DNA from: Mytilus edulis | Lineage: Eukaryota | Direction: 5' to 3' | DNA length: 64,000 nucleotides | NCBI RefSeq assembly: GCF_963676685.1 | Contig: NC_092351.1 | Location: 55,986,001-56,050,000 of the forward strand | Shown here: positions 50,319 to 63,022 of the stretch, one piece after another | Numbering within the stretch: position 1 is the stretch's first letter | Layout of the letters: every line of letters starts with the position of its first letter | Translations under genes and position numbers: made by a program | The notes under the pieces: model-generated | The model's database searches: none | What the model was told of the DNA's origin: nothing | The model's input: the letters and a program-made list of their open reading frames with translations, nothing else

Positions 50319-51640
50319 CTACAATAAATAGATTTGTTTCATAAGGTGTAAACAGTAATTTCAACAATATTCATCATGATATACTTTCTAATAAGGTTTG
50401 TTTTATGGATATGCTATGTATTTACACATACTATATGATATAATCTAATTTCAAATTCGTCAAAGCTTATCAGAATTCAATTATGTATACAAACGGATTT
50501 GTTTTGTTATGTGTTCCAATTTGTAAAAAAAAGACGTTTATTCACAACCCACGCCTCTTTACAATATTTTTTCATTTTGTTTACGTACTGGTTCCCAAAA
50601 ATGATCTCTATGTTTCATCTTAATGAGACCACATGGTATAAAATGTAGCTGCAAAACTGAATTCTGAAGAAAACACAAAATTGAAAAACGGGTAGTACAG
50701 TATTTTAAAATCAGTTGAAGCATTTAGAAGGTCAGGCCATATAAACGTTGAAAACATGCCCGCCTCTACTACAAACAATGTATGTTTTGAAGCTGATAAA
50801 TAAAACAGAAGAGCACATCAAGTTTCTATTCTAGGGAATGATTTTCAACGAAAATTCATAGTAAAAGGGATACAGTTTGAGCCATCAAAGAGGGTTCCTA
50901 TAGGAAATTACATTGTCTATATTTACAGAAGTACAACCTTTAAAGGTAAACTATTAGTCTTATAACGTTTCTGTTGATGCATTGCAAAAACGTTTTTGGT
51001 ATGAATGGTGAAAGCATTTATGTTAAAATTGTTGTATTAATGTTCGACAGGTATGACATATTAAGTGTGTGTATTGCTGTGTGTTTGTATATTCCAATTT
51101 CCCTACAGGTGTAAGAAGATTTTTTAGATTTTATTAGAGATATGAATTTCAAACGTATTTTGCACCTGTTCCAAGTTATGTTTGTGTTGAATGTGTTCTT
51201 TGATTTTAGTTCATTTATATATTTTTGAGTTCAGAATGTTCTCCATAATCACTTAATTAGAACATTGTTAATGTAGGGTCAATCTGAAGCACGCCTTCGG
51301 GCGCTGGAGTTTTACGTTGTGTTGAAGACCAAATCGTGACCATCAGGTGTTTGTACTCTTTGCTCGGGTTTTTGTCTCTTTGGCACATTCCCTATTTCAA
51401 TTCTCAATTCTAATGCTTCAAATATGCTGATGACAGTCAGAATCAAAATAAGACACAAGTTTCTTCTGCACCCAAAACCATACAGATTCTTTGCTTTTGA
51501 CATTCACATATAAAATCTCCTGGCGATAAACTAGTGGTTGAAGTACCATATGTACACTGATGCGGCATTTATATGCATATATATAAAAAAATAAATTGAA
51601 AAGATTTTGGATTTGTTTATCGATTATAGTCACATCTTAC

Positions 51641-51742
51641 CAGGAGAATAACCACTATTTTCTTGTGTCCTTGTTTGTTTCTTCAAAGGCTTTGGTGGCA
51701 GGGGTGGTGGTGATAAAGAACGGTCAATTATTGCAACAATAC
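51641..51742 (-). CDS. 102-bp phase 1-1 exon with Pro-rich motif (IVAIIDRSLSPPPLPPKPLKKQTRTQENSGYSP)
   Basis: TTTATTGTAG acceptor, G/GTAAGA donor, open frame. Confidence 0.65.
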
Positions 51743-53063
51743 CTACAATAAATAGATGTGTTTCATCAGGTGTAAACAGTAATGTCAACAATATAAATCA
51801 TAATATACTTTGTAATAAAGTTTGTTTTATGGACGTGCTATGTTTTTTCACACATACTATATAATATAATCTACTTGCAAATTCTGCAAAGCTTATCAGA
51901 ATTCAATTATGTATACAAACGGATTTGTTTTGTTATTTGTTCCAAGTTAAAAAAAAAACGCTTATTCACAACCCACGCCTCTTTACAATATATTTTATTT
52001 TGTTTACGTATTGGTTCCCAAAAATGATCTCTATGTTTCGTCTTAATGAGACCACATGATATAAAATGTAGCTGCAAAATATGAATTCTGAAGAAAACAC
52101 AAAATTGAAAAACGGGTAGTATAGTATTTTAGAATCAGTTGAAGCATTAAGAAGGTCAGGCCATATAAATGTTGAAAACATGCCCGCCTCTACTACAAAC
52201 AATGTATGTTTTGAAGCTGATAAATAAAACAAAAGAGCACATCAAGTTTCTATTCTAGGATATGATTTTCAACGAAAATTCATAGTAAAAGGGATACAGT
52301 TTGAGCCATCAAAGATGGTTCCTATAGGAAATTACATTGTCTATATTTACAGAAGTACAACCTTTAAAGGTAAACTATTAGTCTTATAACGTTTCTGTTG
52401 ATGCATTGCAAAAACGTTTTTGGTATGAATGGTGAAAGCATTTATGTTAAAATTGTAGTATAAGTGTTCGACAGGTATGACATATTAAGTGTGCGTATTG
52501 CTGTGTGTTTGTATATTCCACTTTCCCTACAGGTGTAAGAAGATTTTTTAGATTTTATTACAGATATGTATTTCAAACGCATTTTTTGCACCTGTCCCAA
52601 ATTATGTTTGTGTTGAATGTGTTCTTTGATTTTAGTTCATTTACATATTTTGGAGTTCGGAATGTTCTTCATTATCACTGAATTAGAACATTGTTAATGT
52701 AGGGTCAATCTGAAGCACGCCTTCGGGTGCTGGATTTTTTCGTTGTGTTAAAGACCAAATAGTGACCATCAGGTGTTTTTACTCTTTGCTCGGGTTTTTG
52801 TCTCTTTGGCACATTCCCTTTTTCAATTCTCAATTCTAATGCTTTAAATATGCTGATGAAAGTCAGAATCTAAATAATAGACAAGTTCCTTCTGCACCCA
52901 AAACATTTCAGATTCTTGGCTTTTGACATTAACATATATAATTTGCTGGCGATAAACATGTGATGGTAGTAATATATGTACACTGATGCAGCATTCATAG
53001 GCATATATTGAAAAAAAAATAACTTATTTTATATTTGTTTATCGATTGATAGTAACATCTTAC

Positions 53064-53165
53064 CAGGAAAAGAACCACTCTTCTCTAGTGTCCTTGTTTG
53101 TGACTTCAAAGGCTTTGGTGGCAGTGGTGATCGTGGTTAATAACTATCAACTATTTGAACAATAA
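53064..53165 (-). pseudogene. Dead third copy of the Pro-rich exon
   Basis: The acceptor AG is disrupted (TGTATG) and an in-frame TAA precedes PLPPKP. The donor is intact. Confidence 0.6.
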
Positions 53166-56100
53166 CATACAATAAATACATATGTGTCGTCAGGCGTAAA
53201 CAATACTTTCAACAAGAACAATCAGACTATACATTCTTATTCAAGTTTGTTTTATGGACGTGCAATGTTTTTTAAACATATCATATAAAATAATCGACTT
53301 GCAAACTCGGCAAAGGTAATTAGGATTCAATCATGTATACACACACATTTTTCACTTTGTAAGAACAGCTTATTCACAAACCACGCCTCTTTTCATACAT
53401 ATTTTGTTTTGTTTACGTACTAGTTCCAAGATATGATATCCATGTTTCATCTTAAAATTAAAGTAATAATTTTGGAAGAGAATGACATATCAGGTGTGCG
53501 AATTGCTGTGTGTTTGTTCTTTTCCGCTTAACTTAGAAGTATATTGGATAGGAGGATGGTTGGTATATTACCAAATATATGTATTTTAGCATCATTTTTG
53601 CTTCTGTCCCAAGTTAGGTTTATTTTGTATGTTTTCCGAAATTTTAGTTCATTTATACATGTTATATGTTATGGAGTTAAGTACAAAATTTCACTGAAAT
53701 AGTACGCATTTGTGTTAAGTGGCCAGCTAAAATCTGCCTCCGTGTGCGGGATTTCCTGGCTGTGTTATAGACCCTTTGGTTGCATTGGGCTATTTTATGC
53801 TTTTTGGTCGGATTGTTGTCTGCTGTGCCTATTCTTCATTTCCTTTTTCAATTTCATAAAAAAATTTATAAACTGTATGTGGATAACTTTTAAAAAAAGG
53901 TGACTTGCCACGAGACACATTCTGACTGCTAATTTGAGTAAAAGCAGCATATGTTGGTCGGCTGACTTGATCATACAATAATGCCAAAGACTGGCAAGAA
54001 GATGAGGGTAATAGCAGGGGCAGGCTGTGCTAACCATGTAGTTACTATGAAATTGAAACGTTTGTGATACCATTGGGGAATTAAAACTCCACTAGCAGTG
54101 GCATCGACCCAGTGGTTGTAAACAAACATGACAAACTCAACTTAGATACCAGGATTACATTTTGTATTTATGTCAGACGCGCGTTTTATCTCCCAGAGAC
54201 TAAACAGTTTATTTATAAATATGACCATATCAACGATGATTCCTGTCAGCAAAAAAGTGCTGACTACTGGGCTGGTGATACTCTCTGGGAATTACAAATC
54301 AACCAGCATTTAACCTGGTATTTTGTAAGATTAATATATAATTTAAATATCTGTAAACAATTATCAAAATCCAAATTGATTTGAAAGCGTTATAGAAATT
54401 GTAAAGGTGACTTTATGTATTAGTCTGAACTGAAACTTCTTGCTTTTTCTACTTATTCATTATATCCTAAAGTGACACTGCAATACATCAATCTACCAAA
54501 ATAACCGAGTATTCTGTTAAATCAGAATATGACAGGTTCCAAAGCAGGAAGTTCTGAAAATCTGAGTTGAATTGAAAAAAAGGTATAGAAATGTTTCAAA
54601 GGCGACTATCTGCATTAAATCCTAATTGAAAAGTACGCATTCTTTAATTACAAATTAAATCACAAAATTAGAGAAATTCACAAAACTACTATAAACCTAG
54701 CAATTTGTAAGATAAATAAATACAATGTAAAAAATTGTAGAGTTTTATGAAAATCAAACTTGATTTAAATGTTAGACACATTGTTGAATGGCAAGTTCTG
54801 ATTTTAAACTAATTTAAAGGTTGTAATCTTGTTCTACCTGTTGAATAAATTTCTTCAATTTAGACAGCAATAAATCAAATAACCAAACAACATGGCATTC
54901 TGTAATATCAATATACAATTGAAAGGAACAGACTCTTTCATTAGAAAAGTAGATAATATGTTTAAAAGGCTAAGACTAGTCGAGACAGGTATAAACATGC
55001 CAACTCTAGTTGAGAAAAAAATTACTAAGTTTAAATTCGAGACAAAAGTCGAGTACAATTAAGTACAGTAAAGTGATGTTGCGATTATTTGTGATCGATC
55101 TTACTGGTGGAGCACCGAAGATGATATATTTTAGACTCTGAGCAGTACGCAGTGTACGTCTGTATACCTCTGCTAAAAAAAAAAACAAATTGAAGTTTTA
55201 AACGACATTGACAGGCTATACAGCCCTTGCACGGTCGGTATACTGAAATAAAGCAAGTGTTTAATTGACGGTCGTAAATTCTTTTAAAATCTCACATAAC
55301 ATAGCACCAAACCTTTGAATGATGGTCTCTGATTCTTTCTACTGTTGGTGCAATCCTGTAATACAATTTAAAGGACGACATTGATATTTCATTATGCTGT
55401 CATATACATATGATACTGATCTATCAATTTAATGCAAAGAAGAAGTTTAAACAACATGAACAACACATTCAAAAACAGATTTTAGAATAATAATTATGTT
55501 AGGTTACCGGCAAGATAATTCCCTTACTAATACTAGAACTTATAGATAAATCGATTAATGGCGATCACAAAAAAAGACGTTAATGTCTATAAAATAATTT
55601 AAATACATAGATGATTGTAACCATGTGTATGCTTGTGCAAAGTTGATAAAGCCAGTATTTTGAAATTTAAAAGTTAAATCTTGATTCCAGATGAATAAGA
55701 AATAACAATATTTTGAAGTAGTTTTCAAAGATATTCGACCATTAGGAAAACTTCCAATAAGAGAAACACAAATGGTTTGTAATAAGATGAGGAACACGAC
55801 GGTACCACATGCGTAGCAGTATCTGCTTACATTTCCAATTTTGTGTGGGTTCGCGTATTGCTTAGATTTTATTTATCTATGTTGTGGTTGTGTACTTTTA
55901 GCGTCTGTTAAAAGGTCTTTTTCTTTTTCAGCCATGGCGCTGTAAGTTTAATTTCGAGCTATGAGTTTGACCGTTCCTCTGGTGTCTTTCGTCCCTCTTT
56001 TAAACAAGGATAGAATTGATTTCTTAAATTTGATATTACATTTATGAGATATTAATGCAATATCTTTAAGCACCATTATGTAACTGATGTTGAAATCTTG

Positions 56101-56561
56101 TAAACCGATCTAATAGAGAAAATCAAAAGTATAAATTAAACACTGAGAGTATCGTGTGAAATCGAAAGGAGCAAACCGAATACGTCGACATTAGTAACTA
56201 CGCGTCTATTGCTATACATATATCAAAATTACACAATCGGAAACAGGTCACAGTCGGTAGAATTCCAACTCATACGACGAAACTAGTAACTATCAACCAA
56301 AGACAGCGAAAACATGTCGACAGTGAGTTAAGACACCAACAATATTTTGGGTAACCAACACGTAATGGTGAACGAAACTATTATGTGGCGTCAATGCCGT
56401 TGCTCAAGCAAGTTTATGTATTAAACTAAAAAAAACCACGTGACTAGAATAATAAAATCGATGCCATTAGCGATTTATTTTTGCTGTACAGATGCACTGG
56501 CAATTATACAAACCTACATTCTTATATCATATTAAATCAATACTTAAATAAATGTACTCAC

Positions 56562-56722
56562 ATCCTTATGTTGGTTATCCTTTCGTTCTTTCCAACAACA
56601 TATGTTGAAGTTTTTTTATGGCTTGTAAAAGATGAAACCGAATTAAAAGTAGTCTCACGTCTCCCACAGATGAATACATCATTATCATCTTCATCATCGT
56701 CATCTAAATATGATTGACACAA
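56562..56722 (-). pseudogene. Possible exon relic: acidic tract plus degenerate C2H2-like finger
   Basis: SYLDDDDEDDNDVFICGRRETTFNSVSSFTSHKKT..., ending at a GTGAGT donor. The second Cys position is CGT, one change from TGT. Confidence 0.35.
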
Positions 56723-56897
56723 CTATTTTATCGTCTATATACCAGCTTTGATTATTTGAACTGTCTTCTAATTTTCACTTACTACATTTGTATAAACTTC
56801 AAGATTTGACACAACTATTTTATCGTCTATATACCAGCTTTGATTATTTGAACTGTCTTCTAATTTTCACTTACTACATTTGTATAAACTTCAAGAT
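56714..56897. repeat. Perfect two-copy 92-bp tandem duplication
   Basis: 56714-56805 matches 56806-56897 by eye. Confidence 0.93.
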
Positions 56898-59396
56898 TTA
56901 CCTGTATTATTAAAACCGTGTTTTTACAAAAGTGATAATTTTCGAAGGGTTAACTATTTGGCAGTGTTGTCTTGCCATGGCTTTGTTTGAATTTGTTGTT
57001 TGTTTGCTTTTTTGCCTTGAATGTTTGTACCTAATGTTTTATTTACCATGTTAACTCTGCATTTACATTCAGATATCGCAGATCAAATTTATTCGTTCTT
57101 AGTGTATTGATTTACGTTTTTTGATTGAGTTAAGCCTGCCAATTTATATTTTATCGTGTGTTTTTCTATGTTGTGATGTTATGCTATTGTTTCAGAAAAA
57201 AGGGAGAAGGTTTGGTACCATTAAAACGTTTTATACCACTGCAAATGTTTGCACCTGTCCTTAGTAAGGAAACTGATGTACAGTAGTTGTCGTTTGTTTA
57301 TGTAGTGTATACGTGTTTCTCGTTCCCGTTTGTTTTATATAGATTAGACCGTTGGTTTTCCCGTTTGAATGGTTTTACACCAGTAATGTTGGGGCTCTTG
57401 CATAGCTTGTTGTTCGGGGTAAGCCAAGATTCCGTGTTGAAGGCCGTACATTGACCTATAATGGTTAACTTTTTTAAATTGTTATTGGATGGACAGTTGT
57501 CTCATTGGCACTCACACTACATCTTCCTATATCTACAGCTAATGTATTGTGTCGTCCTGAACATGCTTGAAGTGTTTGCCACTGGACATTTTACAACCAC
57601 TAATCAAACAAACTTCTATGCATATCAGTCAACTTTGAATCAATTTATATAAAAACAAGGATGGTAACATGTGTCTCAACACATGCACGGACTCACTTTA
57701 AATCCTAGAAAATGTTAGGTTTTAGATTTTCTCCGTATATAAGAGATCATAATGAAGTAGTTACGACGCTAGGAGTATTTGTATGAGGTCGTTTTCTGAA
57801 TTTTTCGTTTCTGCTCTATACGTTTAGTATGCTTCAACCAAATGCTATAAAAGTTATACTTAATGCTTTATAATGTTTTATGTTTATGCAAGAGGGGTCA
57901 TCATCAATGTCCCATGGACGCATTCCCCATTTATAAGCTCGAACGTATTATTTCTTTTTTGTAATGCATTAGAACCGGAATTACATTACTGTTATTGAAG
58001 GGTAGCCACAATCGATTTTGATTTGACGGTTGCAAATTTCCGTTTACTGTCTCCCCTTAGCATCGACAGTAAAACTGCATTTGCGAACATCAAATTGTTT
58101 ATTGACGGAGGGTAATCCTCAACTTTAGTGCCGTTACTTCTGTGAACTGCATTGGACTAATTTTAATTTATTGAAAGTATGCGGAAGATTTTCATATTAC
58201 AGGTCTACATACAGTGGAGATCACTTCTAACCTCTCATTAGAACTGTCAGAATATTCTGTCATAGAACTGTTCTAACCTGTCCTAGAACAGTTCTAGCTA
58301 GAACAGTTCTACCCTAGAACTGTTCTAGGTAGAACTGTCAGGATCAGTTCTAGGTAGAACTGACTAAATCAGTTCTAGGTAGAACTGTCAGGATCAGTTC
58401 TAGGGTAGAACTGTCAGGATCAGTTCTAGGTAGAACTGACCAAATCAGTTCTAACCGTAGAACTGTCAGCAGAACTGACTAAATCAGTCAGGATTGTAGA
58501 ACAGTAACTCTAAATGACGTCACTGCAGAAAGGGCAATTTAGAATTTAGAAGAAAAAATCAGTTCCAATTACTTTACTATATATAATGGCAGATTTTTCT
58601 ATATTTTTTACTGATCAAAATTTACATAAACAAATATCGGTGGATAGGAGGTTATCCAACTCATCGGAGAAATATTTTTATGAGATTGCAAATGAAACAT
58701 CATTGTTTACGTTTCTTCGTTCCCCGTTTTTAACAGTCTCTTCGTAAATATAACTCTGCATTTAATTCAAGTAAATTTAATCTTAATTTACCTTGTTTGC
58801 CTTGGATTTACATTCATGATTTAAGATTCTGTTTGGACAAATGCTCAAACGAAAATTGTACAGTGGATGAATTATGGGATATCATAGTAATGAACACAGC
58901 CGTGTTGTTAAACGCAAGAAAACTATGTACATTTGCACCTCGAGATTTGCACTGAGGTCTCAGATTTGCATTATCTCGTTGCCAAACTTATCCATAACGA
59001 TAATGAATAATATCTGGGAGTCTGGAACGTCAGAAAAATATACTCGATCTGAACATGAATGAAATATTTGCCACTGGACGTAAGGCTACAAACAAAACCA
59101 ATCATCTTCCTTCTTCAAATTATATTAACAGTATAGTCAGTATACCTTTTCAAGAAGAGAACTTCTCATACATGTACTTTTCATTTCAAAATAAAGTATA
59201 TGAATCAGTGATGTGAGTGTTGGATGATGCCCTTAAATAGTTCTGTTTAAAAAAAAACATCATGAACTACTGACTAAATAAAAATTCACTTTTTGTGACG
59301 GTTCATTATTTAATAATTTAAGTTTGGATGTAATGGGTCTTCTGTCGTTATTGTGTTATCAGCGCCCATAGACATAAGTTAGTCATGTTTGTTCAA

Positions 59397-61012
59397 TTTC
59401 CAATATTGCAGTTATTTATATATACTACAGTAAAAAAAATATAACCGAAGTACTGTTCAACTATATAAACTCACATAAAAAAGCAAATATGGTCAGTTTT
59501 GGTTGATGCGGTCAAAAGATTTTATTATACAACTCAGTCTGAAGTATGAAAACTACTGATATGTGTTTACGATTCAATACTTTGAATAAAAAGAGGATAT
59601 ACTGGCACTATAAATTCATGCGAAAAATTTTGAGGTCATTGTTTTCCAATATTGCTGTAACTTGTATATTACAATCCCTCTTGACCTAAAATTAGAACTG
59701 AATTACTGTGCAGCTTTATAGATTTGCAGAAAGAAAGAGAAAATAAGGTCAGTTTAGATTGATGCGGTCAAAAGATTTTATTACACGACTCAGTCTGAAG
59801 TATGAAAACTACTGATATTTGTTTACGATTCAATACTTTGAATAAAAAGAGGACAAGCTGGCACTATAAATTCATGAGAACAAAATTTTGAGGTCTTTGT
59901 TATCCAATATTGCTATAACTTGTATATATTACAGTCCCTCTTGACCTAAAATTATAACTGAATTACTGTACAGCTATATAGATTTGCAGAAAGAAAGAGC
60001 AAATAAGTTCAGTTTAGATTGATGCGGTCAAAAGATTTTATTACACGACTCAGTCTGAAGTATGAAAACTACTGATATTTGTTTACGATTCAATACTTTG
60101 AATAAAAAGAGGACATGCTGGCACTATAAATTCATGCGAACAAAATTTTGAGGTCATTGTTTTCCAATATTGCTGTAACTTGTATATTACAGTCCCTCTT
60201 GACCTAAAATTATAACTGAATTGCTGTACAGCTATATAGATTTGCAGAAAGAAAGAGCAAATAAGGTCAGTTTAGATTGATGCGGTCAAAAGATTATATG
60301 ACACGACTCAGTCTGAAGTTTAAAAACTAATGATATTTGTTTTCGATTCAATACTTTGAATAAAAAGAGGACAAGCTGGCACTATAAATTCATGCGTACA
60401 AAATTTTGAGGTCATTGTTTTCCAATATTGCTATAACTTGTATATATTACAGTCCCTCTTGACCTAAAATTATAACTGAATTGCTGTACAGCTATATAGA
60501 TTTGCAGAAAGAAAGAGCAAATAAGGTCAGTTTAGATTGATGCGGTCAAAAGATTTTATTACACGACTCAGTCTGAAGTATGAAAACTACTGATATTTGT
60601 TTACGATTCAATACTTTGAATAAAAAGAGGATATGCTGGCGCTATAAATTCATGCGAACAAAATTTTGAGGTCATTGTTTTCCAATATTGCTATAACTTG
60701 TATATATTACAGTCCCTCTTGACCTAAAATTATAACTGAATTACTGTACAGCTATATAGATTTACAGAAAGAAAGAGCAAATAAGGTCAGTTTAGATTGA
60801 TGCGGTCAAAAGATTTTATTACACTACTCAGTCTGAAGTATGAAAACTACTGATATTTGTTTAGGATTCAATACTTTGAATAAAAAGAGGACATGCTGGC
60901 ACTATAAATTCATGCGTACAAAATTTTGAGGTCATTGTTTTCCAATATTGCTATAACTTGTATATATTACAGTCCCTCTTGACCTAAAATTATAACTGAA
61001 TTACTGTACAGC
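59397..61012. repeat. ~260-bp satellite array, ~6.2 copies, inside the TIR element
   Basis: ttgatgcggtcaaaagatt at 59503, 59759, 60019, 60277, 60537 and 60797. Confidence 0.96.
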
Positions 61013-61467
61013 ACACTTTTTATGGAAGATCAATGCATTTGAATGAGGACAATAAATTTTAGTTGGACCCCCCCCCCCCTTTTTTTTTTAAACTGCTGGA
61101 TCCGTCCCTGGTGGTTTGGGCCGGAATAACGTATTACATTAAGGTCAGATAATTTTGTTATGTAAAACGAGTCATCCTGACTCCCCGAATGACAAATGTA
61201 AAATAAATGAAATAATAATGCCCCCCCCCCCCAATATTAACGGCTTAATTTATGTTCAAAAAATGAAAGAAAAACAAATAATTTATGTAACACATCAACA
61301 AAGAAAATCACTGAATAACAGGCACATACATGCAGAATATGGCGAGGTTAAACATGTTCTCTTGCCGATTATAAATCTGAAATAAAACCGGCAAAATAGC
61401 AAAACTCTATATAATATTAATCGCTATTTTGCCGAAGCCTTTATATTATGACAAATATTTCTTCAAA

Positions 61468-61600
61468 CTTATAAATCAATTCTAGCCGTAGAATTTATAA
61501 ATCAATTTTAGCCGTAGAATTTATAAATTAATTCTGGCCGTAAAATTTATAAATCAATTCTAGCCGTAGAATTTGAAATCAATTCTAACCGTAGAACTGT
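61468..61600. repeat. 26-bp tandem repeat (~5 units), ttataaatcaattctagccgtagaat
   Basis: Seen directly; it grades into the right subterminal array. Confidence 0.9.
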
Positions 61601-62605
61601 TCTAGAAGTAGAACTGACCAAATATCTGGTCAGTTCTAGCTAGAACTGTCAGGATCAGTTCTAGGGTAGAACTGTCAGGATCAGTTCTAGCTAGAACTGT
61701 CCAAATCAGTTCTAGGTAGAACTGACCAAATCAGTTCTAGCTAGAACAGTTCTAACCTAGAACTGACTAAAAGGTGTCAGGCTGACAGTTCTACATACTG
61801 TTCTAGAACATTTCTCCTGACAGATTCTGACAGAATTTATGAGAGGTTAGAACTGATCTCCACTGTAACTACATTTGTTACTTCAAGTATTTGTAATACA
61901 TAATACGGCAGGTCATTTGTATTCCCAGACCATCGTCTGTTTCGTCTTTCATCGTGAATATGAGCATGTACGTATACAGTGTAGTTTGTTTGTTTGGTCA
62001 AAGAACCCACATCTGAACATGTGTAACAATTAGACAAATCATACCAGTAATTTATTTTTCCCCTGCTTAGTCATAAATATTTTATCATATTTAAATAACA
62101 TTTGTTGATGTCTAAATTTAAATAAATGAAATAGACACGGCTGCTGTATAACTGACTTTACTAGTCAAAACTGATATTTCTTCATACAAGTGCTTCATAC
62201 AAATAATTTACCCAACATGGGACAATATAGCAATTTTCCTTACTTTTTATGGCAATTTGAATGCTTTCCTAAGATTCAAAATATTACAGTTTGAAGCACT
62301 GAAAGAATATCAGTGTTTCCTTCAAAATCAGAGTCTTGTACATGTATTAATACACAAGTATGACAAGTTACGCAACTCTCCTTCCAACTGGGACGACATC
62401 AAATGTTCAATGTAGGAATAAAAATAAACTTAATTCACAAAGTGTGTTCACTGATCCGCCCCATTCCTCCCCTTTCCTCTCTCTCACAACTTAAATTGGG
62501 GGAAAATGATTGACCAATATGGATACATGTAAAATCGATGTCAAATTATACTTGCAGCAACTTATACCACCCCCCCCCTATTTGATCCTTGATAAGTCTC
62601 AGGAA

Positions 62606-63022
62606 GGGATCTCCTTCCTGAACAAAATGATGTATCATATTGGTATAATATCACTAAGAAAAAAATATACAATAATGTACCTCGATAGTTCGCAATAATC
62701 ATAACAAAAACTGGTTTTTTTCAGCTTTTTAATGATTTTTTAAATTAAAATTTATTGTTAATGAATGCACCACAACTATTTTTTGCATGTTTGACTCAGT
62801 TTTATTTTTTTTATAGTCACTCGCATACATTAGAAGAATTCAAATACAATTTTCCTCCCAAAAAAATCGCTAAAAATCGGAATTTTTTAGCTGTTCACCT
62901 GAAAATGATTTTTTTTCATTAAATGATTGGGATCTCCTTCCTGAACAAAATGATGTATCATATTGGTATAATATCACTAAGAAAAAAATATACCTTTATA
63001 GTTCGCAATAATCATAACAAAA
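62606..63022. repeat. ~100-bp direct repeat (62606-62710 and 62929-63022)
   Basis: gggatctccttcctgaacaaaatgatgtatcatattggtataatatcactaagaaaaaaatatac occurs twice. Confidence 0.85.

Larger units (their letters stand above)
50020..53840. repeat. Tandem triplication of a ~1.42-kb unit (third copy older and internally deleted)
   Basis: agtcagaa..aaaata..acaagtt.cttctgcacc recurs at ~50021, 51434 and 52861. Copies 1 and 2 are nearly identical over 50500-51430 vs 51950-52860. Confidence 0.93.
58212..61865. mobile_element. 3.65-kb non-autonomous TIR DNA transposon (TA TSD, CAGTG ends; Tc1/mariner-type termini)
   Basis: TIR cagtggagatca(c/g)ttctaacctctcat (27 bp, 1 mismatch). TA at 58210-58211 and 61866-61867. 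Subterminal repeat arrays at 58240-58505 and 61468-61835. No transposase ORF. Confidence 0.9.

Noticed and set aside
58240-58505. CRISPR-like array of palindromic repeats with variable spacers
   Set aside because: Spacers are only 7 nt and recur, the context is eukaryotic, and no cas genes are present. The array is subterminal to a TIR element.
58240-61835. Heat-shock element clusters (GAA/TTC-rich)
   Set aside because: Spacing is mostly GAA-nnn-TTC or longer rather than contiguous nGAAn pentamers. Only isolated TTCTAGAA matches occur.
61837-62037. Coding exon interrupted by the TIR element
   Set aside because: Reconstructing the empty TA site gives a stop two codons past the junction, and no domain is recognisable.
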